Below, piece by piece: positions 55,476-63,731 of a stretch of DNA of 64,000 nucleotides (position 1 is the first letter of the stretch; every line of letters starts with the position of its first letter). The stretch is taken from sequence record PP681140.1. One strand, 5' to 3'. The position numbers were made by a program, and so were the translations under genes. The notes under the pieces are model-generated. The model did no database searches, was not told where the DNA came from, and saw only the letters and a list, made by a program, of their open reading frames with translations. This stretch comes from Enterobacter phage EC152.

Positions 55476-55987
55476 CAGAGATGTTCCTCCACATTAAGAA
55501 TCGCCTCATGAAACTGCTTGACTTTCGTAAGCTTAACATACATGTCATGATACTTACGGACACGCAGCAGGTCTTTGTCTCCCAACCCTTTCAACCGACG
55601 AACATCGGTATTGTGGCGAAGGTCAGCAAGTTTCACACGAGTTGCATCATAACTGCTTGCAATTCCATTGAAATACTCATCTGGTGTCTGTCCTTCTTTC
55701 TTTGTCAATAGTACGACAGCATCTTTCACACGGTTCGAGAAACCAAGTAGCACTAGGTCAGCAGCCGTTACATCGGTATCTTCCACCACATCGTGAAGAG
55801 CAGCGATAGCCATAAGCTGAAAATCATCGCTTTTCAGGTAGTGCATCACCTTCAACGGGTGGAGGATGTAGGGGTTACCACCCTTATCTTTCTGATTCAG
55901 GTGTCCTTCTGCTGCGATCTTGATAGCCAGTGCAAGTTCTTGCGCCGGGGTTAAAACTGGAATCGTGGAATTGTAAGTTCGTACCAT
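55475..55987 (-). CDS. SpoT/MESH1-like HD-domain (p)ppGpp hydrolase (small alarmone hydrolase)
   Basis: 170 aa; HPLKV…AIAALHDVVEDTD…LVLLGF…VLLTK matches the HD hydrolase domain of RelA/SpoT homologs. Confidence 0.6.
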   Translation of the reverse strand: MVRTYNSTIPVLTPAQELALAIKIAAEGHLNQKDKGGNPYILHPLKVMHYLKSDDFQLMAIAALHDVVEDTDVTAADLVLLGFSNRVKDAVVLLTKKEGQTPDEYFNGIASSYDATRVKLADLRHNTDVRRLKGLGDKDLLRVRKYHDMYVKLTKVKQFHEAILNVEEHL

Positions 55988-56979
55988 CTTTGTTGCTCCA
56001 TCATGTTAAAAGGTTTGATCTTGAGTGTATCAAAACCATCAATGTTGTCAAGCCAGAATTCATCTTTATATCCCGCCATTTCCATCATCATTAACTCTTC
56101 CGGGCTGGGTGTCTCCCCTGCCATCATATTTCTGAGTCTTTCATCCCAGCGGAAGGTGAATAATGTCTCATTCTTATTGCAAATCAACAGCGCTTCACGG
56201 GCATTTTTAATCTTAATACTACGATCACGCAGATGAAACACGCTGTGACCAATGTGGTTGCACTGTACATCAAAGTTATCCCTGTCCCTGAAGTTACAAA
56301 ACACCAAGAGATCACCGATAGATAAGGAGATACCCAGAATATCAATATCGTTTTTAGACCTCTGCATAAATTTCGAATCAAGACCATATCTGCGGAACTC
56401 CGCATTGATTGAAATGTCTGGTTCACAACGCCCCATTTGTCTGATAAGAGGCTTCAACAAGCCGAGGAACTCTCTTGTACGGCTTGAAAATCTCCAGGCC
56501 GGACTCTTTGTAAGAGCATCACCATCCCCATGACCACGGATAATGGCTGAAACATTCCCTCGTGATACCTCTTCTCTCTCGAAGGGGCTTGAGGCATAGG
56601 CCCTATCTCTAATATCTACCTCCAGACGGGCCAGAAACCGTCTATCAAGGCTTTCTCGTCGATAATCGCCCCAATCACAACCCCAGAACCAAGAGAATGG
56701 GCCATCCCTTGTGTCCACTTTCTCAAGGAGGTATCTAAGTAGTTCAGCAAGGGGATTATCTTGCATCACCGTAGGGTTAAGCCTTGAAAGAAAGTCATCA
56801 CTATTCATTCTGGGCGTGTCCCAGATACCCATCATTGCCTTCTGGCGGTACTGTTGTTCTCTTTGCCAATGTTCGATCAGGTCTCGCGTGGTCTGGTCAT
56901 CTTTTAACATGCTCCAGTCTATATCCGCAGTCACCTTCGGAACGTCTACTTGTCTAACATCAATGTTGAATTTATTCAT
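55951..56979 (-). CDS. hypothetical 342-aa protein, first gene of leftward early transcript
   Basis: start moved to ATG 56979 (track ORF extends upstream across the promoter region); no recognisable motif. Confidence 0.55.
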   Translation of the reverse strand: MNKFNIDVRQVDVPKVTADIDWSMLKDDQTTRDLIEHWQREQQYRQKAMMGIWDTPRMNSDDFLSRLNPTVMQDNPLAELLRYLLEKVDTRDGPFSWFWGCDWGDYRRESLDRRFLARLEVDIRDRAYASSPFEREEVSRGNVSAIIRGHGDGDALTKSPAWRFSSRTREFLGLLKPLIRQMGRCEPDISINAEFRRYGLDSKFMQRSKNDIDILGISLSIGDLLVFCNFRDRDNFDVQCNHIGHSVFHLRDRSIKIKNAREALLICNKNETLFTFRWDERLRNMMAGETPSPEELMMMEMAGYKDEFWLDNIDGFDTLKIKPFNMMEQQRWYELTIPRFQF

Positions 56980-56989
56980 ATTTATCTCT

Positions 56990-57035
56990 CTTTCAAACAA
57001 ATGTACACAAAGCATACACTGTAAAAAATTTGAAA
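56990..57035 (-). promoter_or_regulatory. candidate sigma70 promoter for leftward early genes (TTGATT-17-TATGCT on minus strand)
   Basis: read by eye on reverse complement of divergent intergenic region. Confidence 0.3.
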
Positions 57036-57042
57036 TCAAGTA

Positions 57043-57071
57043 TTGACAGGGTGGAATCAATCCAGGATAAT
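57043..57071 (+). promoter_or_regulatory. near-consensus sigma70 promoter (TTGACA-17-GATAAT) for rightward early genes
   Basis: -35 57043-48, 17-bp spacer, -10 57066-71; AGGAG SD at 57099-57103; ATG 57110. Confidence 0.6.
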
Positions 57072-57109
57072 TCTCCCAACAAGAACGGGAACAACCCAAG
57101 GAGTAGAAA

Positions 57110-58042
57110 ATGTTTGATGTGAAAAAGAAATTTACCGCCAGTGAGATCAAAAGTCTAGAAGAACGTTATCGTAAAAAGGTTGAGCGCACAAAGAAACGTG
57201 GCCTTGAGTTCAGCCTGACGCTTGATGACTGGTTCATGATGGGTGAGAAGCTCTTAGGTATTGGCAAATGTGACTATACCAACATGGACTTTAGTATGCG
57301 CTCTGTGCATGGTGAGAAAGACCCTCTTTATCCAACAGTTGAGCGTATCAATGATAAGAAAGGTTATGTCCGTGGTAACGTTTGTGTTGTCCTGCAACGC
57401 GCTAACGAACTGAAAGATTGCTTGGTTGACAAGAAGACGGCAATCACTATAATTGAACCACTTGATCGTGAGATTGTTCAGGCAATGATGCTGAACATGT
57501 CAAAAGAGCATATGGAACAACTGAAACTAAAATATATTCCACAAGAGGAGAAAGAAATGCCAGTAGATACTTCTGTAGTTGTAGATAAGCCTGTTGTTGC
57601 CGAGAGTTTCTCACGCTATCCAGAATCAAAAGATCGTACTGCCTCTTCTGCAATGGAACTCGCTGAACAGCATTTCCACAAGCAAGAGCCTGTTGCGGAA
57701 GAAACAACCGCCCCGGTAGAAGAAAAGCAGAAACTGCCTGATGATGTCGCTGTGGCACTGGCCTATGCCAACTACTGCAAAACATTCTCTGATGCGGGTA
57801 TGAACGTTTCTGTGACCTATGCACAGTTCAAAGCGAAGTATATTCGCAACACCTGCTCTCTGACCGGAGAGAAGTTGTCTGGAGAACCAAAGGCGATTCT
57901 GATCATGGATCTGAAAGTCGGTTTTGCTAAAGACAACTTCATTATTGTGTCGAAGAAAATGGAAACGGCGCTTACTCAACTGATCATTCAGACAGAAATG
58001 AGCCTCCCTAAAATCACTGCAATGCTCAACAAGGTGGTGTAA
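57110..58042 (+). CDS. hypothetical early protein (N-terminal HNH-like/DNA-binding-like pattern, acidic C-half)
   Basis: 310 aa; first gene after consensus promoter. Confidence 0.6.
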   Translation: MFDVKKKFTASEIKSLEERYRKKVERTKKRGLEFSLTLDDWFMMGEKLLGIGKCDYTNMDFSMRSVHGEKDPLYPTVERINDKKGYVRGNVCVVLQRANELKDCLVDKKTAITIIEPLDREIVQAMMLNMSKEHMEQLKLKYIPQEEKEMPVDTSVVVDKPVVAESFSRYPESKDRTASSAMELAEQHFHKQEPVAEETTAPVEEKQKLPDDVAVALAYANYCKTFSDAGMNVSVTYAQFKAKYIRNTCSLTGEKLSGEPKAILIMDLKVGFAKDNFIIVSKKMETALTQLIIQTEMSLPKITAMLNKVV

Positions 58043-58302
58043 TGTACGAAGACATCTTGGGCCGACCCTCGTCGGCTCCTGAACAAAAGATGATGGACAG
58101 GGGATTCATTCCCCCATTCAAAGTTGGTGACCGGGTTTGTCTCGCTAATGCTCAGAACGTGGTATCAACCATCACTGCAACGGTTTTGTTTGCTGTACCA
58201 CCTAACCCGGTGCAGCCGCAGCCAGCATTAACCTGGGGATTCCGGCTTGAAGGCTGGACAGACTTTTTACCAGGTGAAGCAATAAAACCATTTGCATCCT
58301 AG
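58042..58302 (+). CDS. hypothetical protein
   Basis: 86 aa; TAATG coupling. Confidence 0.5.
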   Translation: MYEDILGRPSSAPEQKMMDRGFIPPFKVGDRVCLANAQNVVSTITATVLFAVPPNPVQPQPALTWGFRLEGWTDFLPGEAIKPFAS

Positions 58303-58321
58303 CGCAGAACGTGTATAATCA

Positions 58322-58346
58322 GGTCATCATTAGATGGCCTTTTTTA
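58322..58346 (+). terminator. terminator-like hairpin (GGTCATC-ATTA-GATGGCC + TTTTTTA)
   Basis: 20 nt after stop at 58302. Confidence 0.4.
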
Positions 58347-58359
58347 TTTGGAGAGAAAA

Positions 58360-59796
58360 ATGTATAAAGACGAGTCGGAGATGATCTCCAAGCTACAAGA
58401 TTCAGCTTTGAAGCTGATACAGTCAGCACGTATTGCATTGCTGCAACATCGCCCATTTTACGGAACTTTGCTGAGTTCTTTGCCGATCATCGCAGACTGG
58501 AGATGGTTACCAACCGCTGCAACAGACCACCGAAACCTGTATTATAACCCTGAGTTCATTATGGGGATGCCTGCCGAACGCAAAAAGAAAGTCTTTGAGC
58601 GTATTGACAATCATCCATCCATGACACAGCAGGAAAAAGATGACTACAAAGAGTATGTCAATGTTTTCTATCGCAAGAAGACACCAAAAGAGGTGGTAGT
58701 TATCCTGATGCACGAAGTGCGCCATATCACTAACGACCACATGGCCCGTGGCAAGAGTTTCAACTCAAAAATGTACAACATTGCTGCGGATCAGTACATC
58801 AATACAGATTTGGTGGCTGTAGACCTCGGTCCAAGAAACTCGAACCTGAAGTTCTTCCCGTTAGGAGCACAGACCAAGTTTGACAAAAACAAAGAATTTG
58901 GGTTCCTTGCTTACTGTTATTGTGATTTCTCATTCCAGAACAAGACAGCGGAAGAGATTTACGAGATGATTTACAATGGCAAGACAGTTGTTGGTCATCC
59001 TATGGGTGCTCATATTGGGGATTATGACCCCGAACGAGACATCCTGGGGTACGTAGACCCACACCCAAGCCTCGGTCCAATCGCTAAAGATGAGAATCTT
59101 GCATGGTCAGCGGGGCTGATTGATGCTGCAATGAGTGCAGCAGGCGGCGAAGGTCCGAAAGAGGCACGGGAATTGGTGGCAAGATCTCGTAAACCACACA
59201 TTGATTACATGAAAATCATTAAACAGCGTATGGTTTCTCGTGTGAGATCTCACCTTTCTTACCGTAAACCTGCACGTCGATCAGGGTCTGTGACCCAGGT
59301 TCTGCGTAATTATGGTGCAATCACTCATAAGCAGAGCATCATTTTGCCGGGAAGAAAGCAATCTGAGACAATTGACATTGTGGTATGCTTCGATGTGTCT
59401 GGTTCTATCAGCCAGAAAACTATGACCCGCATCTTTAACGAGATTATTGGTCTGTGTACCCTGTATAAATGCTTCCGGGTAACACTTTTCTGCTGGTCAA
59501 CCGAAGTTGGCGAGGTAAAAGTATACACCCAGGACAATATCAAGGAGATGCTGGACTACCATGTTACCTCCACAGGCGGTACACGGGCTGGTGTTGCGTT
59601 TGAATACATCGAAAAGAATATCCCTGATGCTAAAGATGTGATAATCTTTACAGACGGGTATATTGAAGATCTCAGTTCCCGCAAAAAAGACTGGGGTAAG
59701 ATGTGGGATACACTATGGGTATTGTGTGGTCGTAACAAATCCAAGTACGACCCACCATTCGGGAGGGCAGTTGACTTAGATGAACACGCAAAATAA
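58360..59796 (+). CDS. CobT-like VWA-domain protein with N-terminal putative metallopeptidase domain (DUF2201-type)
   Basis: ATG 58360 after GGAGAG; N-terminal PFYGTLL…ATDHRNLYYNPEF…ILMHEVRHITNDH; C-terminal MIDAS motif VVCFDVSGSIS. Confidence 0.6.
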   Translation: MYKDESEMISKLQDSALKLIQSARIALLQHRPFYGTLLSSLPIIADWRWLPTAATDHRNLYYNPEFIMGMPAERKKKVFERIDNHPSMTQQEKDDYKEYVNVFYRKKTPKEVVVILMHEVRHITNDHMARGKSFNSKMYNIAADQYINTDLVAVDLGPRNSNLKFFPLGAQTKFDKNKEFGFLAYCYCDFSFQNKTAEEIYEMIYNGKTVVGHPMGAHIGDYDPERDILGYVDPHPSLGPIAKDENLAWSAGLIDAAMSAAGGEGPKEARELVARSRKPHIDYMKIIKQRMVSRVRSHLSYRKPARRSGSVTQVLRNYGAITHKQSIILPGRKQSETIDIVVCFDVSGSISQKTMTRIFNEIIGLCTLYKCFRVTLFCWSTEVGEVKVYTQDNIKEMLDYHVTSTGGTRAGVAFEYIEKNIPDAKDVIIFTDGYIEDLSSRKKDWGKMWDTLWVLCGRNKSKYDPPFGRAVDLDEHAK

Positions 59797-60166
59797 GCTA
59801 ATTGTTACAGGACTCACTGTAGATGTTGACTTTATGTACAGTGGGTCAATGGTCAGAATCGGTTTCCATGAGGGGAGAGAGTACATTGAGTATCTGGTCT
59901 CCTCTAATCGCCGTGCATTGTCCATTAAGCGATTCAAAAACGCCAGATGGGGAACCATAATTGAACCAGACTTCACTGTAAATCCTTTGGATATCAGTGA
60001 GGAAGAGGATTTTATGGTGAGTATTCTTCCGGGAATGAACCATTTCGAGCGTTCTTTGTACAAAATGGCAGGTATTGTTGCGAAAATGTGGCATAACGAT
60101 GCTGATGAGAACTATGCTCGGAACTACGTCATAGAGTATCTTAAGGATTATCTGGTGACACCATGA
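59780..60166 (+). CDS. hypothetical protein
   Basis: 128 aa, 17-nt overlap with VWA gene. Confidence 0.45.
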   Translation: MNTQNKLIVTGLTVDVDFMYSGSMVRIGFHEGREYIEYLVSSNRRALSIKRFKNARWGTIIEPDFTVNPLDISEEEDFMVSILPGMNHFERSLYKMAGIVAKMWHNDADENYARNYVIEYLKDYLVTP

Positions 60167-60459
60167 GGATAGATAAGTCTTTCAGTGTGTTGTGCTCATA
60201 TGGAATCCTGTCAAATCCGGAGGTCTCACCAACAGACCTCCGGGTCTACCTGTACATCAAGTTCAGGTGGCAGTTTTTCCAGAGCAAAGGTGCTGAGTTC
60301 GTAGAGTCTGTAAGCACCATAGCAGAGGCCGTCAGTATGAGTCCCAGAAGTGTGCAGAGGTCATTGAAGAATCTTGAGTCTCTTGGATACCTAGAGGTGG
60401 TTGAGAGGTCAGGGAAAACAAGCCTCTATATTCCGCTTGACGAACTGGTTAAGAAGTAG
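60163..60459 (+). CDS. winged-helix protein, possible replication-initiation/DNA-binding factor
   Basis: 98 aa; C-terminal …TIAEAVSMSPRSVQRSLKNLESLGYLEVV… wHTH; followed by iteron/AT-rich region. Confidence 0.4.
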   Translation: MRIDKSFSVLCSYGILSNPEVSPTDLRVYLYIKFRWQFFQSKGAEFVESVSTIAEAVSMSPRSVQRSLKNLESLGYLEVVERSGKTSLYIPLDELVKK

Positions 60460-60461
60460 CC

Positions 60462-60602
60462 AACCCCTGACAAAAACGTAGGGGGAGGGGTGACAAAAAC
60501 GACCTACGATATAATAAAGAACTAAATAATAAAGAAACAAACAAATAAAATAAGATCTTTATAAAAAAGACTTGATCTTAAGATTTGTTAGTGTATAGTT
60601 GG
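60462..60602 (+). repeat. origin-like noncoding region: two direct repeats TGACAAAAACG (60468, 60491), inverted CCCCT/AGGGG, AT-rich tract with two GATC sites, candidate promoter TTGATC-16-TATAGT
   Basis: read directly from sequence between wHTH gene and next ORF. Confidence 0.4.
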
Positions 60603-60694
60603 TTTCAAGAGGAAGTGATGGAGCAACAGCGAAACACTTCAGATGTGTGTGGAAGTTCAATGTGCTCGGAGGCATGGGCGACAGGAGCTTCTAA

Positions 60695-61123
60695 ATGCGA
60701 CGAATCAACTGGGGGCGGCGCGAAGCCGACAACAAAATGGTTAACATTAAACGTTCTATTCAGCGTCTGGTTCCACAGTACCGTGTTGTTACAAGCGGTT
60801 CCGATTGCTCTTGTCATATTGATGACGATTGTGATTGTATGCCTAGCCTGTATTTGACAGAGCGTGGTTGTACTGGTTTTGGTGGTGGTCACTGGACTTA
60901 CACAGACGAAACCTGTCCAAAGTCTATCGACTCTTGGGGTAAGGCTTACTGGTGTGAGTTCCTGGGTTTACCTGGCTTCTGGGCGATGGGTGAAGAAGAT
61001 GCAGCAGAAACTTTGCGAGATCGTCTTGACAGCATGTGCCAGTGTGCTAATATCAACGGTGTCAACAACAAACGTGCGGAAGCACTTATTGCAGAACTTA
61101 ACTCTACAAAGGAGAATAACTAA
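60695..61123 (+). CDS. Cys-rich hypothetical protein
   Basis: 142 aa; AGGAG SD 7 nt upstream; alternative overlapping ORF 60585..60857 not excluded. Confidence 0.45.
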   Translation: MRRINWGRREADNKMVNIKRSIQRLVPQYRVVTSGSDCSCHIDDDCDCMPSLYLTERGCTGFGGGHWTYTDETCPKSIDSWGKAYWCEFLGLPGFWAMGEEDAAETLRDRLDSMCQCANINGVNNKRAEALIAELNSTKENN

Positions 61124-61764
61124 TGTCATGGGCCTTTCTGATTTACTTAATTGATGTACTCACCACTGACGGTACTTACGGCGGTTGGGGTTTCCTGATG
61201 TTCATCTTCGCCATTGCATACGGGGTCATGTATGCATTCCAGAAGTGCTATGAAGAAACTGACGGCAAGGTACGTTATGGATTCTTCTTAGGTCAAAACT
61301 TGGTTCTTAACCAAGACTGGAACCACTTGAAGGCTGGGGAAACCATTGTTGTGACTAATATTGACAATGATGGTACGTTAAAGGTTCGATATCCTAACGG
61401 GGAGTCCTCTAATTGGCTGCGTTTTTCTACAGTAGAGCAGATCTCCGCCCAGCGACCTAACCCTGATGCGCCGCAAGTGCCTGTTCGTGACCTGACAAAA
61501 GGACCACGTAAGGTGGCAGTTGCAGGGCTGATCGTTTGCTTCCTCGGTATTCTGTATGCTAACTTTATGCCTCAGAAAGAGACTGCGTACAAGATGCTGG
61601 CTGCATATGTAGGTCAGAATGTGGTGGAGTCACCTCGTACTCAGCAACTGGCAGACAGTACGATCAAGTATCTTGATGCTCAGATCAAGAAGTACACAGA
61701 CGAGCTTGATGCCACCGCTAAAGCAGAGCAGGCTGAGAAGGCCAAAGAGAAGGAGTCTAAATGA
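61123..61764 (+). CDS. membrane protein with C-terminal coiled coil
   Basis: 213 aa; AAGGAG SD; two TM helices. Confidence 0.55.
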   Translation: MSWAFLIYLIDVLTTDGTYGGWGFLMFIFAIAYGVMYAFQKCYEETDGKVRYGFFLGQNLVLNQDWNHLKAGETIVVTNIDNDGTLKVRYPNGESSNWLRFSTVEQISAQRPNPDAPQVPVRDLTKGPRKVAVAGLIVCFLGILYANFMPQKETAYKMLAAYVGQNVVESPRTQQLADSTIKYLDAQIKKYTDELDATAKAEQAEKAKEKESK

Positions 61765-62099
61765 CAGGAATCGCTGAACGCGTACTCCAGTCCTCAATCC
61801 GGGCGCAAGCCCGGACTGTTGATTCAGTCTTCAAGAACCTCGTAGAGGAAGTTGGGGAACTATCGCGAGCACTAAACCGCCCCTGGCGTTGTGATGAACC
61901 TGCAATTGGTGAAATTGCTGATGTTCTTAACTGTGTGATTGACTTGGCATTCTTGCTTGAGTTACAGGATTGTATCAATCCTCGTGAGGACGATATGCCT
62001 GCAATCGTAGAGACTGTTCAGCGTCGGCTTGAACACTATGTGGATAAGGAGTGTGGTAAGTGGGATCGTGGTGAAAATGCAGATCCGGAGGTTTTGTGA
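61761..62099 (+). CDS. MazG-like nucleoside triphosphate pyrophosphohydrolase
   Basis: 112 aa; VEEVGELSRAL is the MazG/HisE-type EExxE motif; AGGAG SD. Confidence 0.5.
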   Translation: MTGIAERVLQSSIRAQARTVDSVFKNLVEEVGELSRALNRPWRCDEPAIGEIADVLNCVIDLAFLLELQDCINPREDDMPAIVETVQRRLEHYVDKECGKWDRGENADPEVL

Positions 62100-62299
62100 A
62101 AACTGATTTCTTGGGTAATGAACTTGCAATCGGTGATAAGGTAGCTTTCACAGAGGGTGGATACAAAAACATGTTGCTGGGTGAGGTTGTTGGTTTCACA
62201 AGGACCACAATCAAGATAAAGCACCTTTCAAAAACACGTTTTGATCATCGTGAATTCTGCAATCGAGAACCCGGTTACGTGGTATTGGTGAACAAATGA
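62096..62299 (+). CDS. hypothetical protein (GTG start, GTGA overlap)
   Basis: 67 aa. Confidence 0.45.
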   Translation: MKTDFLGNELAIGDKVAFTEGGYKNMLLGEVVGFTRTTIKIKHLSKTRFDHREFCNREPGYVVLVNK

Positions 62300-62634
62300 A
62301 ACCATTTGAGAGTAAGCGGATAGCGCTTGACTTCGATGATACATTCACCCTTGACCCTGAACTCTGGAGCTTCTTCATAGGTCTAGCTAAAGGCCGTGGA
62401 TTCGATGTTAAGTTTGTCACCTTCCGTTACATGATGGGTCCGAACGAAGATATCAATTACTGGTCTGATAAGCTTGACACACCGATCATCTACTGTGATG
62501 GTGTTCAGAAAGCTACAGTCTGCGCTCAACAAGGGTGGATACCAGATGTGTGGATCGATGACTTCCCTGTCCTGATCCCGATGAAACAACAACTCCAGGG
62601 AATGATCCTTGGGATAGAAAAGAACGGAGGATGA
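62296..62634 (+). CDS. small HAD-superfamily phosphatase-like protein
   Basis: 112 aa; motif I LDFDDTF (DxDxT), late WIDDF. Confidence 0.45.
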   Translation: MKPFESKRIALDFDDTFTLDPELWSFFIGLAKGRGFDVKFVTFRYMMGPNEDINYWSDKLDTPIIYCDGVQKATVCAQQGWIPDVWIDDFPVLIPMKQQLQGMILGIEKNGG

Positions 62635-62635
62635 T

Positions 62636-62782
62636 GTGGAATACTACATTTTCAAGTTCTGGGAGAAGCTTTATGACTTGAGCTATTTTGTCTTCGGTAA
62701 CCTCCCGGTCACGTATGACGTGAAGCACAAAATGAACATGGCCTGGATGAAGTACCAGATGAGCCAGAAGCATGGTCAGTAA
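62636..62782 (+). CDS. 48-aa protein (GTG start), below ORF-track cutoff
   Basis: GGAGG 5 nt before GTG 62636; followed by terminator. Confidence 0.35.
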   Translation: MEYYIFKFWEKLYDLSYFVFGNLPVTYDVKHKMNMAWMKYQMSQKHGQ

Positions 62783-62798
62783 AATCTGACACCAGAAT

Positions 62799-62838
62799 AG
62801 CCCGTAAAGCTCACCAATCGAGTTCTACGGGCTTTTTA
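62799..62838 (+). terminator. rho-independent terminator (AGCCCGTA…TACGGGCT + TTTTT)
   Basis: 8-bp stem with long loop followed by T5. Confidence 0.5.
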
Positions 62839-62906
62839 GCATGTAGGGTAGGCGAACGTACAGCCTTTCATTAGAACCGCTCAGAAGAGCGTACAGGAGC
62901 TTTTAG

Positions 62907-63731
62907 ATGACCACAGTATTTCACACGACAGGTGTTCTTGACCACGCCAAGAAACGCTTCGATATCCCAGATATTGAGATAGACCTGAAAAAGATCTATG
63001 AAGACACAGAGCATCAGCTATCGTATCTTGAGTTTTCAAGCGATCCGGATGATGAGTCTGATTTTGATAAGCAAAAGGGCAAAGTGGAGTCAGAGCTTGA
63101 AGAGCTTAAAACATACGCAAAAGGCTCCGAGCTAGCTGATTACCAGACTTATGTGTCTGACCTTGAGCGTCAAGTGGAGGCCTTAACGTGGGGTCTTCTC
63201 AATGTGGCTCGACGTGCGGATAACATGGCACACAATATCTTGTCTGTTGATAATAAGATGGACAGGGCTGAGATTGCAGATGAGTTCAACTACATAGTTG
63301 GTGATGCCACTAATGAACTTGGTTGTGATTTTGTATTGCGGAGGTGTCTCCAGGACCGGGGATGGAATGAATGGCAACGCGATTACCTTGACAGCATAGT
63401 TCCAACAAGCACAATCATAGAGCTTCTTGTCCATGCAAGTACACCAAGCGATATGATTATTGGTGTCGATAGCTGGATTGCCGTCGCTGGGGATCGAGTA
63501 ACTCTTATGAACGGCAAGGATCGCCTACACCTGACGAAGGAATACGGAGAGATAGCCATTCATGCTGTCATAGATGGTGTTACGTCGTCGCTCAAGACCG
63601 GAGATATAAAGCATCTTTTCATGGACATTCTGCACCCAACGGATGAAGAGATCCAGATGTATGAAATGGCTCACCACAAGAGTTATGATATTTCTATGTG
63701 GAGAGATATTTTCGGTACGAAACCAAAATGA
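62907..63731 (+). CDS. hypothetical acidic protein
   Basis: 274 aa; AGGAG SD 7 nt upstream. Confidence 0.6.
   Translation: MTTVFHTTGVLDHAKKRFDIPDIEIDLKKIYEDTEHQLSYLEFSSDPDDESDFDKQKGKVESELEELKTYAKGSELADYQTYVSDLERQVEALTWGLLNVARRADNMAHNILSVDNKMDRAEIADEFNYIVGDATNELGCDFVLRRCLQDRGWNEWQRDYLDSIVPTSTIIELLVHASTPSDMIIGVDSWIAVAGDRVTLMNGKDRLHLTKEYGEIAIHAVIDGVTSSLKTGDIKHLFMDILHPTDEEIQMYEMAHHKSYDISMWRDIFGTKPK

Noticed and set aside
58291-58319. TTTGCA-17-TATAAT promoter-like element before the VWA gene
   Set aside because: A terminator-like hairpin plus T-tract starts 3 nt downstream, so a transcript from it would terminate immediately; more likely only the terminator is real
60462-60602. tRNA gene in the AT-rich intergenic regions (also checked 62783..62906 and 63732..64000)
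   Set aside because: No cloverleaf-compatible stems, no GTTC/TTCGA T-loop motif found by eye
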